Source of the DNA: Octopus sinensis
Taxonomy: Eukaryota
Reading direction: 5' to 3'
Assembly: GCF_006345805.1 (NCBI RefSeq)
Contig: NC_043000.1
Coordinates: forward strand, 18,600,001-18,664,000
Length of the DNA stretch: 64,000 nt
Below, piece after piece: positions 37,822 through 50,740 of this stretch. The notes beneath the pieces were generated by a model. That model worked only from the letters and a program-made list of their open reading frames with translations, did no database searches and was not told where the DNA came from. Position 1 is the first letter of the stretch. Every line of letters begins with the position of its first letter. A program made the position numbers and the translations under genes.

Positions 37822-38124
37822 AGCCCTTCGATATTGTCATACTGAAACAGTCTGATCTCAAATTATTCCGTTGCTGTTATGTTAAACTATTGTATGTCCA
37901 AATTTGAGTAAATGTGTTTTTCTCAATATATGTTTTTGCTTGCAATAGCCGGTTCTTTTAGTCAAACTATCGTATCTCCAGCTGCTTCAGATGGCAAGAT
38001 AACAAAAAATGTCAAAGTGTAGTATAACAGTTTTGCTATGGAATGGTGAAACTATTTTTTCGTTTTCTGAAAAAGCAACGTTTTGGACTTACGGCATAAT
38101 AATGTTTTTAAGTTTTATATTACA

Positions 38125-38422
38125 CTAGCAGTATCGCCCGGCGTTGCTCGGGTTTGTAAGGGAAATAACTATATAAGCATTTTTAGAGAGTTATAGCAAA
38201 AAGATAGCAAAAAAATGCATTAAAAATGGAATAAAAATTATGGTAATTTTATTTTTTAAATCGTAGACTCATCGTAGACGCGCGCTAGTACCCAGAAGGG
38301 CTCGATATGAATCACGACTATAAGATACCCGGTTTTGGTTAAACTGCACCGCAAAATGTGGGAGTAGTTAGGAATCTAAATCGTAGGAGACAGACACACA
38401 ACCTTACTTTTATATATAAAGA
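38125..38422 (-). mobile_element. Non-autonomous Helitron H1
   Basis: TC...CTAG termini, hairpin. Confidence 0.85.
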
Positions 38423-38939
38423 CTAGCAGTATCGCCCGGCGTTGCTCGGGTTTGCAAGGGAAATAACTATATAAGCATTTTTAGAGAGTTACTTCCCTTA
38501 TAGATGCCAATTCGGGCTTTCTTAGCCATTTCTGTTTTGGTGTCTTCAAGCCATGAAGTCGTTGTCCTAAAAGAACGCTGGTCTCCTTTACAACGCATTA
38601 CGACGTTGATTTCCTTAAACTCCCTTCCCCACAGCTTCACGAGGGAGGGAAGAAGGGGGAGAAGCAAACACAGGTGCAGGTGTTTGAGCGTGGACGCCAA
38701 CTCCGCCTCCATCGACACACGAAAAATTATGCATTAAAATGGAATAAAAAATGATGTTAAATTATTTTTAAAATCGTAGACTCATCGTAGACGCGCGCTA
38801 ATACTCAGACGGTCTCGATATGAATCACGACTATAAGATACCCGGTTTTGGTTAAACTGCACCGCAAAATGTGGGAGTAGTTAGGAATCTAAATCGAAGG
38901 GGACAGACACTCACACAACTACAGTTTTATATATATAGA
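38423..38939 (-). mobile_element. Non-autonomous Helitron H1 carrying a ~220-bp foreign insert
   Basis: H1 termini; internal 38501-38718 is unrelated and GC-rich. Confidence 0.85.
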
Positions 38940-39421
38940 TATCAAAAGGGTAATAATTATGTCTGTTTCCGTGTATATTGATTTTCACGGTTATTTTTCT
39001 GAATTGCCGGATGTGCGCAATAAAGACATCTGCCATCAGCATTGTTAGAGAAGGCGGTTTTTTAGATATACGTTGCAGAACTAAAATTAAAACTATTATT
39101 ATGCGTGAAGGAAGTCGCTCGATCAAGAAAAACAGTAACCAAATACCTTAACATACCGTCTTACAAAAAAAAAAAAGAAAAAAGAAAAAAAGAAGCCGGA
39201 CACAATGTGTTGGTCGCAGTTGGAAAGCCTCCGGATGCAGGTGTGCTCCGTCAGACATACCTTGGAGCAAACACAACGATAGCATTGTTTAAAAATAAAG
39301 TAAAATAGTATAATACAGGCGCAGTGGTGGCTGTGTGGTCTCTATCGCACCGGGTCTTGTAAATATATTTGGTAGTTTGGTAGACGGGATCTGTGTGGAA
39401 GCCCGTCAAAAACATTAGATA

Positions 39422-40116
39422 TCTTTATATATAAAAGAGAGGTTGTGTGTCTGTCTCCTACGATTTAGATTCCTAACTACTCCCACATTTTGCGGTGCAG
39501 TTTAACCAAAACCGGGTATCTTATAGTCGAGATTCATATCGAGTCCTTCTGGGTATTAGCGCGCGTCTACGATGAGTCTACGATTTTAAAAAAATTTAAA
39601 ATAATTTTTTCCCATTTTAATGCATTTTTTCGCCATTATATAAGGGAAGTAACTCTCTAAAAATGTCTACGATGAGTCAACGATTTAAAAAAAATTTACC
39701 ATCATTTTTTTCCATTTTAATGCATTTTTTCGTCATTATATAAGGGAAGTAACTCTCTAAAAATGTCTACGATGAGTCAACGATTTAAAAAAAATTTACC
39801 ATCATTTTTTTCCATTTTAATGCATTTTTTCGCTATTATATAAGGGAAGTAACTCTCTAAAAATGTCTACGATGAGTCAACGATTTAAAAAAAATTACCA
39901 TCATTTTTTTCCATTTTAATGCATTTTTTCGCTATTATATAAGGAAAGTAACTCTCTAAAAATGTCTACAACGAGTCAACGATTTAAAAAAAATTTACCA
40001 TAATTTTTTTCCATTTTTAATGCATTTTTTTGCTATTTTTTTTGCTATAACTCTCTAAAAATGCTTATATAGTCATTTCCCTTACAAATCCGAGCAACGC
40101 CGGGCGATACTGCTAG
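39422..40116 (+). mobile_element. Non-autonomous Helitron H1 with an internal ~91-bp minisatellite
   Basis: A|TCTTTATATATAAAAG ... cgagcaacgccgggcgatactgCTAG|T; about 5 tandem units tctacgatgagtcaacgattt... Confidence 0.9.
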
Positions 40117-40128
40117 TATATAATATAG

Positions 40129-40330
40129 GACAATCAGTAATTTATCATAATAATACTCAGAGTTTCAAATACCGGAGCTAAAAGCTTTTATGCATTTTCA
40201 TTGGTTATTAAGACAAGAACGCTAGGAAAGAAAAAAGCTTTCTTGTCTTAATAACCAATGAAAATGCCTAGAAGCTTTTAGCTCCGGTGTTTGAAACTCT
40301 GAGTATTATTATGATAAATTACTGATTGTC
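40129..40330. repeat. Near-perfect palindrome (~91-bp arms, 20-nt loop)
   Basis: gacaatcagtaatttatcataataatactcagag... versus ...ctctgagtattattatgataaattactgattgtc. Confidence 0.85.
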
Positions 40331-40352
40331 TTGTATCATATATATATATGAG

Positions 40353-40738
40353 TGGAGGCGCAATGGCCCAGTGGTTAGGGCAGCGGACTCGCGGTCATTG
40401 GATCGCGGTTTCGATTCCCAGACCGGGCGTTGTGAGTGTTTATTGAGCGAAAACACGTAAAGCTCCACGAGGCTCCGGCAGGGGATGGTGGTGATCCCTG
40501 CTGTACTCTTTCACCACAACTCTCTCTCTCTCTCTTACTTCCTGTTTCTGTTGTACCTGTATTTCAAAGGGCCGGCCTTGTCACTCTCTGTGTCACGCTG
40601 AATATCCCCGAGAACTACGTTAAGGGTGCACGTGTCTGTGGAGTGCTCAGCCACTTACACGTTAATTTCACGAGCAGGCTGTTCTGTTGATTCGGATCAA
40701 CCGGAACCCTCATCGTCGTAACCGACGGAGTGCTTCCA
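40353..40738 (+). mobile_element. SINE-B full length
   Basis: Family match. Confidence 0.9.
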
Positions 40739-40777
40739 AAAATATATATATATATAAATTCCTCTATTTACATAATA

Positions 40778-41072
40778 TGGAGGCGCAATGGCCTAGTGGT
40801 TAGGGCAGCGGACTCGCGGTTTCGATTCCCAGACCGGGCGTTGTGAGTGTTTATTGAGCGAAAACACCTAAAAGCTCAACGAGGCTCCGGCAGGGGATAG
40901 TGGTGATCCCTGCTGTACTCTTTCACCACTCTTTCTCCCACTCTTTCTTCTGTTGGCCTGCTTGCTTAGCCAGCGGGGTGGCGTTATTCGAAGGCTAAAA
41001 CAATGCGAACGCATTGTGACCAGCGATGTGTAACTACATCTGATGGACTGGTCAGTCACGTGATCATGTGAT
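40778..41072 (+). mobile_element. SINE-B head/body with alternative tail 2
   Basis: Homologous to 3826-4134. Confidence 0.85.
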
Positions 41073-41153
41073 TTACATAATATCGAGATCTCATTCATTC
41101 TTTTATTGTCATATTATTATTATTATTAATATATATATATATTAATATATATA

Positions 41154-41561
41154 GGCGCAGGAGTGGCTGTGTGGTAAGTAGCTTGTTTACCAACCACATA
41201 GTTTCGGGTTCAGTCCCACTGCGTGACATCTTGGGCAAGTGTCTTCTACTATAGCCTCGGGCCGACCAAAGCCTTGTGAGTGGATTTGGTAGACGGAAAC
41301 TGAAAGAAGCCTGTCGTATATGTGTATATATATATATATGCGTGTGTGTGTTTGTGTGTCTGTGTTTGTCCCCCTAGCATTGCTTGACAACCGATGCTGG
41401 TGTGTTTACGTCCCCGTTACTTAGTGGTTCGGCAAAAGAGACCGATAGAATAAGTACTAGGCTTACAAAGAATAAGTCCTGGGGGTCGATTTGCTCGACT
41501 AAAGGCGGTGCTCCAACATGGCCGCAGTCAAATGACTGAAGCAAGTAAAAGAGTAAAGAGT
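41154..41561 (+). mobile_element. SINE-A full length
   Basis: Family match. Confidence 0.9.
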
Positions 41562-41632
41562 ATATATATATATAATACAAAATGGGACAGCAAAACGTCC
41601 AGATAGACGATACAAAGAAAACAATACGTGTG

Positions 41633-42052
41633 TATGACACCGCTAGGAAAAATGGCATTTTTTTCTAGCGGTGTCATATGAAATAGTCACCCATAATTAT
41701 GACCCTAGTATCGATCTATTGCATTTCAATCTGTTTTAGGGTTAGGGTTAGGGCTGGGGGAAGGGTATCTTTTTTTCTTCACAAATGTAAATAAACCCAA
41801 TCTGTTTCTTAAACGAGGGACATATTCATACGGCACAGAATGCTTTTTAACTCAATAGACGGTCATTGATTGGTTATAATTGCCGAAATGCAAGAAATTA
41901 AAGACGAAATATGTTACAAACTATAGAATTTTTTCAAGAAAGCTAAGAGAAAATGATGTTTTATAAACACATTCTACCAGTATACGAAGTTTAAAATTTT
42001 TTTGTTACCTAGAAATTATGTTAAAAACTGCCGTTCAAACCGAAAAGATCCC
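41633..42052. mobile_element. Probable non-autonomous DNA transposon fragment containing (TTAGGG)3
   Basis: Ends in TIR-like aaaaactgccgttcaaaccgaaaagatccc; left end is a 46-bp palindrome; TTAGGG x3 at 41736-41753; class inferred. Confidence 0.45.
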
Positions 42053-42151
42053 ATAAACTTACCTTCATTGATTTCTTGAGTGGGTAGGTAGCGGAGAGGC
42101 TAGAGAACAGTTTGCGTTCAGGAAGAACAGAACCAATTTCATCACATGGAT

Positions 42152-42535
42152 TGAAGCACTCCGTCGGTTACGACGACGAGGGTTCCGGTTGATCCGAATC
42201 AACGGAACAGCCTGCTCGTGAAATTAACGTGTAAGTGGCTGAGCACTCCACAGACACGTGTACCCTTAACGTAGTTCTCGGGGATATTCAGCGTGACACA
42301 GAGAGTGACAAGGCCGGCCCTTTGAAATACAGGTACAACAGAAACAGGAAGAAAGAGTGAGAGAAAGTTGTGGTGAAAGAGTACAGCAGGGATCACCACC
42401 ATCCCCTGCCAGAGCCTCGTGGAGCTTTTAGGTGTTTTCGCTCAATAAACACATACAATGCCCGGTCTGGGAATCGAAAGCGCGATCCTATGACCGCGAG
42501 TCCGCTGCCCTAACCACTGGGCCATTGCGCCTCCA
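42152..42535 (-). mobile_element. SINE-B with TSD
   Basis: Family match; caatttcatcacat flanks both ends. Confidence 0.9.
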
Positions 42536-42793
42536 CAATTTCATCACATATACTACTGACAACCAACGACAACACATACTCGTATACTGTTAAATTGCTC
42601 GTTTAAGATGATATTAGACAAAAATCAAAGAATAAAACTTGTAGAAATATTTTACTTCCCACTAAAATACCAAATGAGAAAGACTGAAATGTAAGACAGA
42701 TAAAACTTACCTCCCTTAGACGCTAATATCCTCCTCTCCATTTCTTGTTAGAAGCGATGCAACACAGAAACACGCTTATATGCTACTGCATGC

Positions 42794-42888
42794 GAGAGAT
42801 AGATAGATAGATAGATAGACAGATAGATTGATAGATAGATAGATAGATAGACAGATAGATAGATATATAGAGATAGATAGATAGATAG

Positions 42889-42930
<42 letters not shown>

Positions 42931-42954
42931 ATGAATAGATAGATAGATATATAA

Positions 42955-42991
<37 letters not shown>

Positions 42992-43309
42992 GAGACAGAT
43001 AGATAGATAGACAGAAAGATAGATAGATAGATAGATATATAGATAGATATATAGATAGATAGATAGATAGGTAGATAGATAGATAGATAGATATATAGAT
43101 AGATATATAGATAGATAGATAGATAGATAGACAGATAGACAGACAGACAGGCAAGCAGATAGATAGATACATACATACATGCATACATACGTACATGCAT
43201 ACATACGTACGTACATACATATATACATACATACATACATGCATACATGCATACATACATGCATACATACATACATACATACATACAACCACACGTAAAT
43301 AAATGATTG

Positions 43310-43341
<32 letters not shown>

Positions 43342-43438
43342 CATACATACATACATACATACATACATAGATACATACATACATACATACATACATACAT
43401 ACATACATACATACATACATACATACATACATACATGC
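42794..43438. repeat. Compound (GATA)n/(CATA)n array
   Basis: Direct inspection. Confidence 0.95.
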
Positions 43439-44059
43439 ATTTACGAATGTTTGGCTTTATTTCAAGTAATATATAAATAAAATTTAACATCAATTTGAAG
43501 GATTACTCAATTTATTTTTGTATACATGTTAATTGAACTTCGAAGTTACTGTCGACTTTCCTCTTGTAAAAGCTTATGTATATAAAAACTGTTTTCGGAC
43601 ACAACTGGAACGGGTGGAAGGGTAATAATTCCATCACACCCAGAAGGGGTTTTCGCTTCGAAGAATTTCGTTTCAGGGGTTTTTTTTTTTACAAACGGCT
43701 AAAACTGTATTCTTACTTCCATGAAAGGGGTTATGTACCTCGGGCCAGCAAAGCTGATGTGTCCCCTATTGCTAAGAGCAATAATGGACGTGAAGCCAAC
43801 GGTACTTTTCTGACCGGCCATAAGGAATGGCTACGTTAACATTAAACACGACGTTTCTCCGTAATATACAGATTCTCAGGTCTCTAGTAGGCACCATTGT
43901 GGATTTAGATAATCTTCACTGAGAACATATTTTGATACTTTGATATGTTTTGGCCAGTATTGGCCCAGGCCATGTCTAACTTAATAGCACCACCTGGCGA
44001 AGTCATTCAAATCAGGAATCGAATAACATGGCCCACTCGAGTAGAGACTTATTGTTTAC

Positions 44060-44215
44060 GGGGCTGTGTGGTATGTAGCTTGCTTACCAACCACATGGTT
44101 CCGGGTTCAGTCCCACTGCGTGGCATCTTGGGCAAGTGTCTTCTACTATAGCCTCGGGCCGACTAAAGCCTTGTGAGTGGATTTGGTAGACGGAAACTGA
44201 AAGAAGCTCGTCGTA

Positions 44216-44260
<45 letters not shown>

Positions 44261-44461
44261 ATATGTTTGTGTTTGTCCCCCTAGCATTGCTTGACAACCG
44301 ATGCTGGTGTGTTTACGTCCCCGACACTTAGCAGTTCGGCAAAAGAGACCGATAGAATAAGTACTGGGCTTACAAAGAATAAGTTCCGGGGTCGATTTGC
44401 TCGACTAAAGGTGGTGCTCCAGCATGGCCGCAGTCAAATGACTTAAACAAGTAAAAGAGTA
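44060..44461 (+). mobile_element. SINE-A nested in CR1 LINE
   Basis: Family match. Confidence 0.9.
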
Positions 44462-45248
44462 TCCGGGTGAGGGAGGTTTATCCGGAATTTCTTGAAAGAA
44501 TTTGTCCAAAGACATTGAACATTATGGGGTCTGTTTTTGCTTTAATGTATTTTGATGTAATGTTAAAGAGAGCGGGCCAACTGAGGTGAAATAATTGTGC
44601 CATATTGTTGTTATGAAATGCGAGTGTGATTTATGTTGTGGGCGGATAGCACGGGGCCCAAGTCTTGGGTGTACTCTAAAGGTGATGCCAACAACATTTG
44701 GGCAATGCTGATGGATTATTCTCCACATCATGCAGATGATGTAGCGCTCACGGCGGTGTTGGAGAGAATAAAGCTTGAGCTTTTCTAGTCGACCCCAATA
44801 GTCAAGGCCTGTCATGCCATCTATCTTTTTCGTAATTGACCCTTGAAGTGCTTCAACTTTCATGATACTTTGTTTCGTATGGGGAGACCACAGTGGACAA
44901 CAGTATTCAAGGTGGGGGTCGGGCAAAAGTGAAGAGAAGGATAATTGTGTGGATATCTCTCGACTGGAAAGTTCTGAGAATCTAAGAACACATTCCGCGG
45001 GCCAAGTCAACGTTGCTGTTTATATGAACAGCCCAGCTTATGTTGTTCACAATTATCTCCAAGTTTCTGATGTTGTTGGATGCTATGAGAGTTTCACACG
45101 AAGGAAGGGAGTTACAGAGTGTCCGAAGTGGATTAACTAAAATTTGTCGTCGTTCAGCAGCATATTGCTCTTTTTCGCCCATTAGATGACAGTCAGTAGA
45201 TCTGATTAAAGACATGTCCGGTCACTCACTTCATTAATGGAGCTTGGG

Positions 45249-45625
45249 TGGAGGCGCAATGGCCCAGTGGTTAGGGCAGCGGACTCGCGGTCGTAGGATC
45301 GCGGTTTCGATTCCCAGACCGGGCGTTGTGAGTGTTTATGAGCGAAAACACCTAAAGCTCACGAGGCTCGGCAGGGGATGGTGGTGATCCCTGCTGTACT
45401 CTTTCACACAACTTTCTCTCATCTTACTTCTGTTTCTGTTGTACCTGTATTCAAGGGGCCGGCCTTGTCACTCTTTGTGTCACGCTGAATATCCCCGAGA
45501 ACTACGTTAAGGGTGCACGTGTCTGTGGAGTGCTCAGCCACTTACACGTTAATTTCACGAGCAGGCTGTTCCGTTGATTCGGATCAACCGGAACCCTCGT
45601 CGTCGTAACCGACGGAGTACTTTCA
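45249..45625 (+). mobile_element. SINE-B nested in CR1 LINE, with TSD
   Basis: Family match; taatggagcttgg on both sides. Confidence 0.9.
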
Positions 45626-46519
45626 ATAATGGAGCTTGGATCATCTGCAAAGATTTGTAGATTAAAAGATGTGGGCCCAACACAATGCCTTGTGGAACTC
45701 CATTACTGACTTTGGGCGGGCTTGATTTTATTCCTTCAACTAAAACGTGTTGGGTTCTAACTGTCAGGAAACATCTGATCCATTGTAATAACCTTCCAGA
45801 GATACTAGTGCTGGATAGTTTTTTTTAAAGAGAATCTTATGATCAAACCCTCTCAAAGGCCTAGCTGAAATCAAGGTAGATGACATCGATGTTGGAGCCT
45901 TCTCCCCAAACTCGCAAAATGTCATCAAAGTGATGCAGGAACTGCGTTAGGCAGTTCCTTCCATTACGGAACCCATGTTGTTTGGGGTTCAGTAATCTAC
46001 TGCTGAATTGCGGATAATTTCGTTTATTGCCGCCGCTAAGACATCACTAATACAGCCCAGATAGGCAACAAACAGCCCAGGAAAAGTAATTTTTCCAACG
46101 ACAGTGTTTCAAAATGCAATGGATGCTTGAATTCGGCGTTCCTGTCTCATAACTCACCGTACAGATTTTCTTGAATTCTGGCAATACGTTTCTAGTGCCC
46201 TTTACTACTTTCTGGGGTTCATCTGTGTCCACTGTCTTCCGGGACGTTTCTGAAAGGTACTATCGGCTTTAAACATATCCCTATTTCTAGTGATAGTAAA
46301 TCGCGTCGGTGAATCTGTTTGAGACTCCCTCCTAAACTATCTTTGCATTTCGAGTAAGATCTCAACCTTCCCGTAGGACTTCTGGAAACATTTCCTTAAT
46401 TCAAAGCCTCGTCTGTCTCCATTCATTACTTCTAATGGGCTAAATCTATAAAGAAACGAAAATTTAGCATGCTGTTAGCTGTTAAAATGTGAATACCTTA
46501 TTTTGGATCCCGTCTATCT

Positions 46520-46808
<289 letters not shown>

Positions 46809-47342
46809 AATCATCACATCTTTATCAAATAACACATCAGAGAACATTAGCGTTAATTCTGTAGATGGATGTTTTTCTAATCATTGATTGATAATTATAG
46901 AAAATAATATAAACTAAATGACTACAAATTGACTTTTTTTTCAATACCTTATGTTTTTTTTTCTAGTTAGCCCCTAATCTGGTGCCTGCATTTAATGTTT
47001 ACACTTAGATATAACTGAACTGACAGAGGGAGAGAGAGAAAGCCGGGGTGGGGAAAGTGGGAGAATGAGAGGCAGAAACAGACAGACAGATAGACAAGAA
47101 CATATTTGGGATCGCGGAATAAAAACTATATTACGTTCTAATATATTAACTGGTGGCCATGGCTTACTCAGGGTCTCGAAGAGTGATGGGACGAGTGAGC
47201 ACGGACTCTGGTTTCTTTTCATTGTAACCACAACAAAGCTTCCAGTTTCCTCCTCTACACTGCAGACCATTTCTCCTACGTAGGTTGTAGTGTTACGTTG
47301 GACGGAATTGTTAAGGGTGTCAAATAAGGTAATTTGCAATAC

Positions 47343-47929
47343 ATATTTCTTTACTACCCACAAGGGGCTAAACCCAGAGGGGGACAAACAAGGACAGACA
47401 AACGGATGAAGTCGATTATATCGCCCCCCCAGTGCGTAACTGGCACTTATTTAATCGACCCCGAAAGGATGAAAAGGCAAAGTCGACCTCGGCGGAATTT
47501 GAACCCAGAACGTAACGGCAGACGAAATACCTATTTCTTTATTACCCACAAGGGGCTAAACAAGGACAGACATAGGTATTAAATCGATTACATCGACCCC
47601 AGTGCGTAACTGGTACTTAATTTATCGACCCCGAAAGGATGAAAGGCCAAGTCGACCTCGGCGGAGTTTGAACTCACAACGTAACGGCAGACGAAATACC
47701 TATTTCTTTATTACCCACAGGGGCTAAACATAAAGGGGCAAACAAGGGCAGACATAGGTATTAAGTCGATTACATCGACCCCAGTGCGTAACTGGTACTT
47801 AATTTATCGACCCCAAAAGGATGAAAGGCAAAGTCGACCTCGGCGGAATTTGAACTCAGAACGTAGCGGCAGACGATATACCGCTAAGCATTCCGTCCGG
47901 CGTGCTAACGTTTCTGCCAGCTGGCCGCC
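47343..47929 (-). mobile_element. SINE-C with three tandem body units
   Basis: Same cagacgaaatacctatttc junction as 36884-37821. Confidence 0.85.
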
Positions 47930-48044
47930 TTGTAATTTGCAGCACCTGTTACTGCTCTTTGTTTCTTTAGCTGAAATTCAGCACCTTGCTGAAATTCCAT
48001 CAATAGTAAGATTATATGCCCCATATGGTATGCTGATCCAAATG

Positions 48045-48555
48045 TGGAGGCGCAATGGCCCAGTGGTTAGGCCAGCGGACTCGCGGTCGTAGGATCGCGG
48101 TTTCGATTCCCCGACCGGGCATTGTGAGTGTTCATTGAGCGAAAACACCTAAAGCTCCAAGAGGCTCCGGCAGGGGGTGGTGGTGAACCCTGCTGTACTC
48201 TTTCACCACAACTTTCTCTCACTTTTTCTTCCTGTTTCTGTTGTACCTGTATTTCAAAGGACCAGCTTTGTCACACTCTGTGTTACGCTGAATCTCTCCG
48301 AGGACTATGATAAGGGTACACGTGTCTGTGGTGTGCTCAGCCACATGCATGTTAATAAATGAGTTGCGACGTCGCTGATGCCGAGCTGTATCGGCCTTTG
48401 CTTTTCCCTTGGACAACATCAGTGGCGTGGAGAGGCGAGGCCAGTATGCTTGGGCGATTGCTGGTCTTCCATAAACAACCTTACCCAGACTTGTGCCTCG
48501 GAGGGTAACTTTCTAGGTGCAATCCCATGGACATTCATGACTGAAGGGGGTCACA
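48045..48555 (+). mobile_element. SINE-B with alternative/extended tail 3
   Basis: B head/body, then a tail homologous to 34865-35055 (ttctaggtgcaatcccatgg). Confidence 0.75.
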
Positions 48556-48644
48556 AAAAAAAAACAAAGGTATGCAAATCCATTGCCTCATAGTTTATCT
48601 GTGTTGGTGTCGCTTATTCTGTAGTTAGATTTTAGTATAGACTG

Positions 48645-49270
48645 TGAAGGTAAAGCGCTGGCAGATTCATTAAACCCAGCACAAAATTCTTAGCGGTATT
48701 TCTTCAGGCTTTACAGACTGAGCTCAAATTCGACTGAGGGCGGCTTTTCCTTTCATCTTTTCGGGGTCAATAAAATAAGTACCAGTTGAACACTGGGGTC
48801 AACGACCAATCTTTTCCCTAAAATTGCTGATCTTGTTCCAAAATTTGTAACCATTATTAGTATAGAATGTAGGACGGCGAGGAAGCAGAATCGTTAGAGT
48901 GTCCGAAAAAAATGCCATGCGATAGTTGTTTCGGTTCGTTATATTCTGAATTCAAACCCTACTGAAGTCAACCTTGCTTTTCATCCTTCTGGGGTCGATA
49001 AAATAGGGTACCAGTCAAATGATAAGGTCGACGTTATCGAATGATTCCTCTTCTCAAATTTGTGGTTATGAGTTTCAATGAGAAACTCTCATTTGAACAG
49101 CTTTAAGGCGGCGAACTGACAGGGTCCTTAACACACCGGACAAAATACTTGGTTGAATTTCTTCAGGCTCCTTACGTTCTGAGTTCAAATACCACCAAGG
49201 TCGATTTTCGCCTTTCATCCTTTTTGGAATCGATAAAATAAGTGTCAGTTGTGCATTGGTATCCATGTAG
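48645..49270 (+). mobile_element. Three consecutive diverged SINE-C copies
   Basis: Three heads, each followed by a cc/gctttcatc..tcggggtc core (48650, 48875, 49100). Confidence 0.6.
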
Positions 49271-49530
49271 TTGACTTCCCTATGCCGAACCGCTAAGTTA
49301 CGGGAACATAAAGACACCAACACCGGTTGTCAAGCATTGGTGGGACGGGCGCGCACCCCCTCCCACACACACACATACGATAGGTTTCTTTCAGTTTCCG
49401 CCTACCAAATACACTCAAAAGGCTTTAGTCGGCCCAAGGCTATAGAAGAAGACACTTTCCCAAAGTGCCCTGCAGTGGGATTGAACCCGAAACCATTTGG
49501 TTGGGAAGCAAGCTTCTTACCACACACCGA
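49270..49530 (-). mobile_element. SINE-A (diverged)
   Basis: Family match. Confidence 0.65.
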
Positions 49531-49929
49531 TTATAGACATATATGCATATGTATGTGCAAACGCGCGTGTGTGTATGTATATGTACACACACATACGTAT
49601 ATGTGCACACACATACGCATATATTTGCCCTTACCTATAATGCATTATAAGTGAATGACTGCAATTCACTCATGTTTCACTGCGCCTAATTTTGTTGGTT
49701 TACTACATTTTCAATTAGGCAAGGACAAGACGTTGTTTGTGCTCGGCATTTAAGTATTTGGATTTCGTCATTTGAAATGGTTTCAAATACAACTTCCTGA
49801 ATGTGTTATATTAGTAGCGTACGCTTAGGGAAATTCCTCTCTCTTTGTTATATATACATAAATACGGACGTAGTAGATAACAGCTAGCCTTCGGCCGCCC
49901 TTTTGGACCCTGTTATGTCCACTACTCTG

Positions 49930-50090
49930 GTTGGTATTGGCGCAATTTGTCTCTTGCTCTATTGCGCGCCAATATGCAACCCAACCAATCGCAGCCTTCT
50001 GATAAGGTCACGTGTGACAGTCTCTTTTAAACTTCCGGTGAGCCGATAGCACGCTATAAAACTGTAGCTTCACACCGTCTCGATGTCTTT
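49930..50090 (+). promoter_or_regulatory. Pol II core/proximal promoter: CCAAT boxes, E-box, ETS site, TATA box
   Basis: attgg 49936, ccaat 49969 and 49985, tcacgtg 50008, cttccgg 50032, tataaa 50055, in CpG-rich unique DNA. Confidence 0.55.
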
Positions 50091-50740
50091 CGGTTCTAGA
50101 CAACACAACAGCAGCCACATGGAGACGCAGCAACACTCGTCCAACAGAATACTGCAGTCTCTTTCTTCGTCACCTCCATCTTCTTAAGGTCGTCAACATA
50201 TCTCTATGTACACAGTAATCAGCAACAGTCGCACAGGTTCTATCTCATCACTGTTTGTGAATTACTTCACCATGGTTAACAGCAAATAGAACATGCGAGA
50301 ACTCCTGTAACAAGTAACCGGTTCTGCATCGTAGGCACGGCTTCACGTACGACATGTACCGCAATCGGCTCTGCATTACTGCTACAACTTCTTGTTACAG
50401 CACTTCAACTCTCATGTACCTTGAATACGAACTGGTATTTATCCTCCTTGTGTCTGAACATTCTTCTATCGTCATATTATAGACTCTTTAAATGCTCTGT
50501 ACTTAATGCACACACATACACTTTGTATACATGACGGCACGTCTATTATTATGACGCATACACACACACATGTTAACATATAAATATAATCTTCTCGTAA
50601 ACATTCTATCTGGTTGTATCTCGCTTTTCCTTCTGGCACTTATTCGCATTTATTGTATCGACCGTGGGTGTACTAAAGGAGACATTCTCGTCACCTCTCC
50701 TCGCACGGTCGTTTACATATTCATTGATAGCTTTGTACAG

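Larger units (their letters stand above)
43960..46440 (-). pseudogene. CR1/L2-group LINE ORF2 (RT) fragment, interrupted by SINE-A and SINE-B
   Basis: NPKQHGFRNGRNCLTQ..DVIYLDFS*AF..GVPQGIVLGP..IFADD; PHLEYCCPLWSP..YWGRLEKLKLYSLQHRRERY; LDKFFQEIPDKP. Confidence 0.85.

Noticed and set aside
40353-40430. tRNA-like sequence (A and B boxes)
   Set aside because: SINE head followed by SINE body and tail; no complete cloverleaf or acceptor stem, so not a tRNA gene. The same holds for all SINE-A/B/C heads.
41736-41753. Telomere or chromosome-fusion site
   Set aside because: Only three TTAGGG units, embedded in an apparent transposon fragment.
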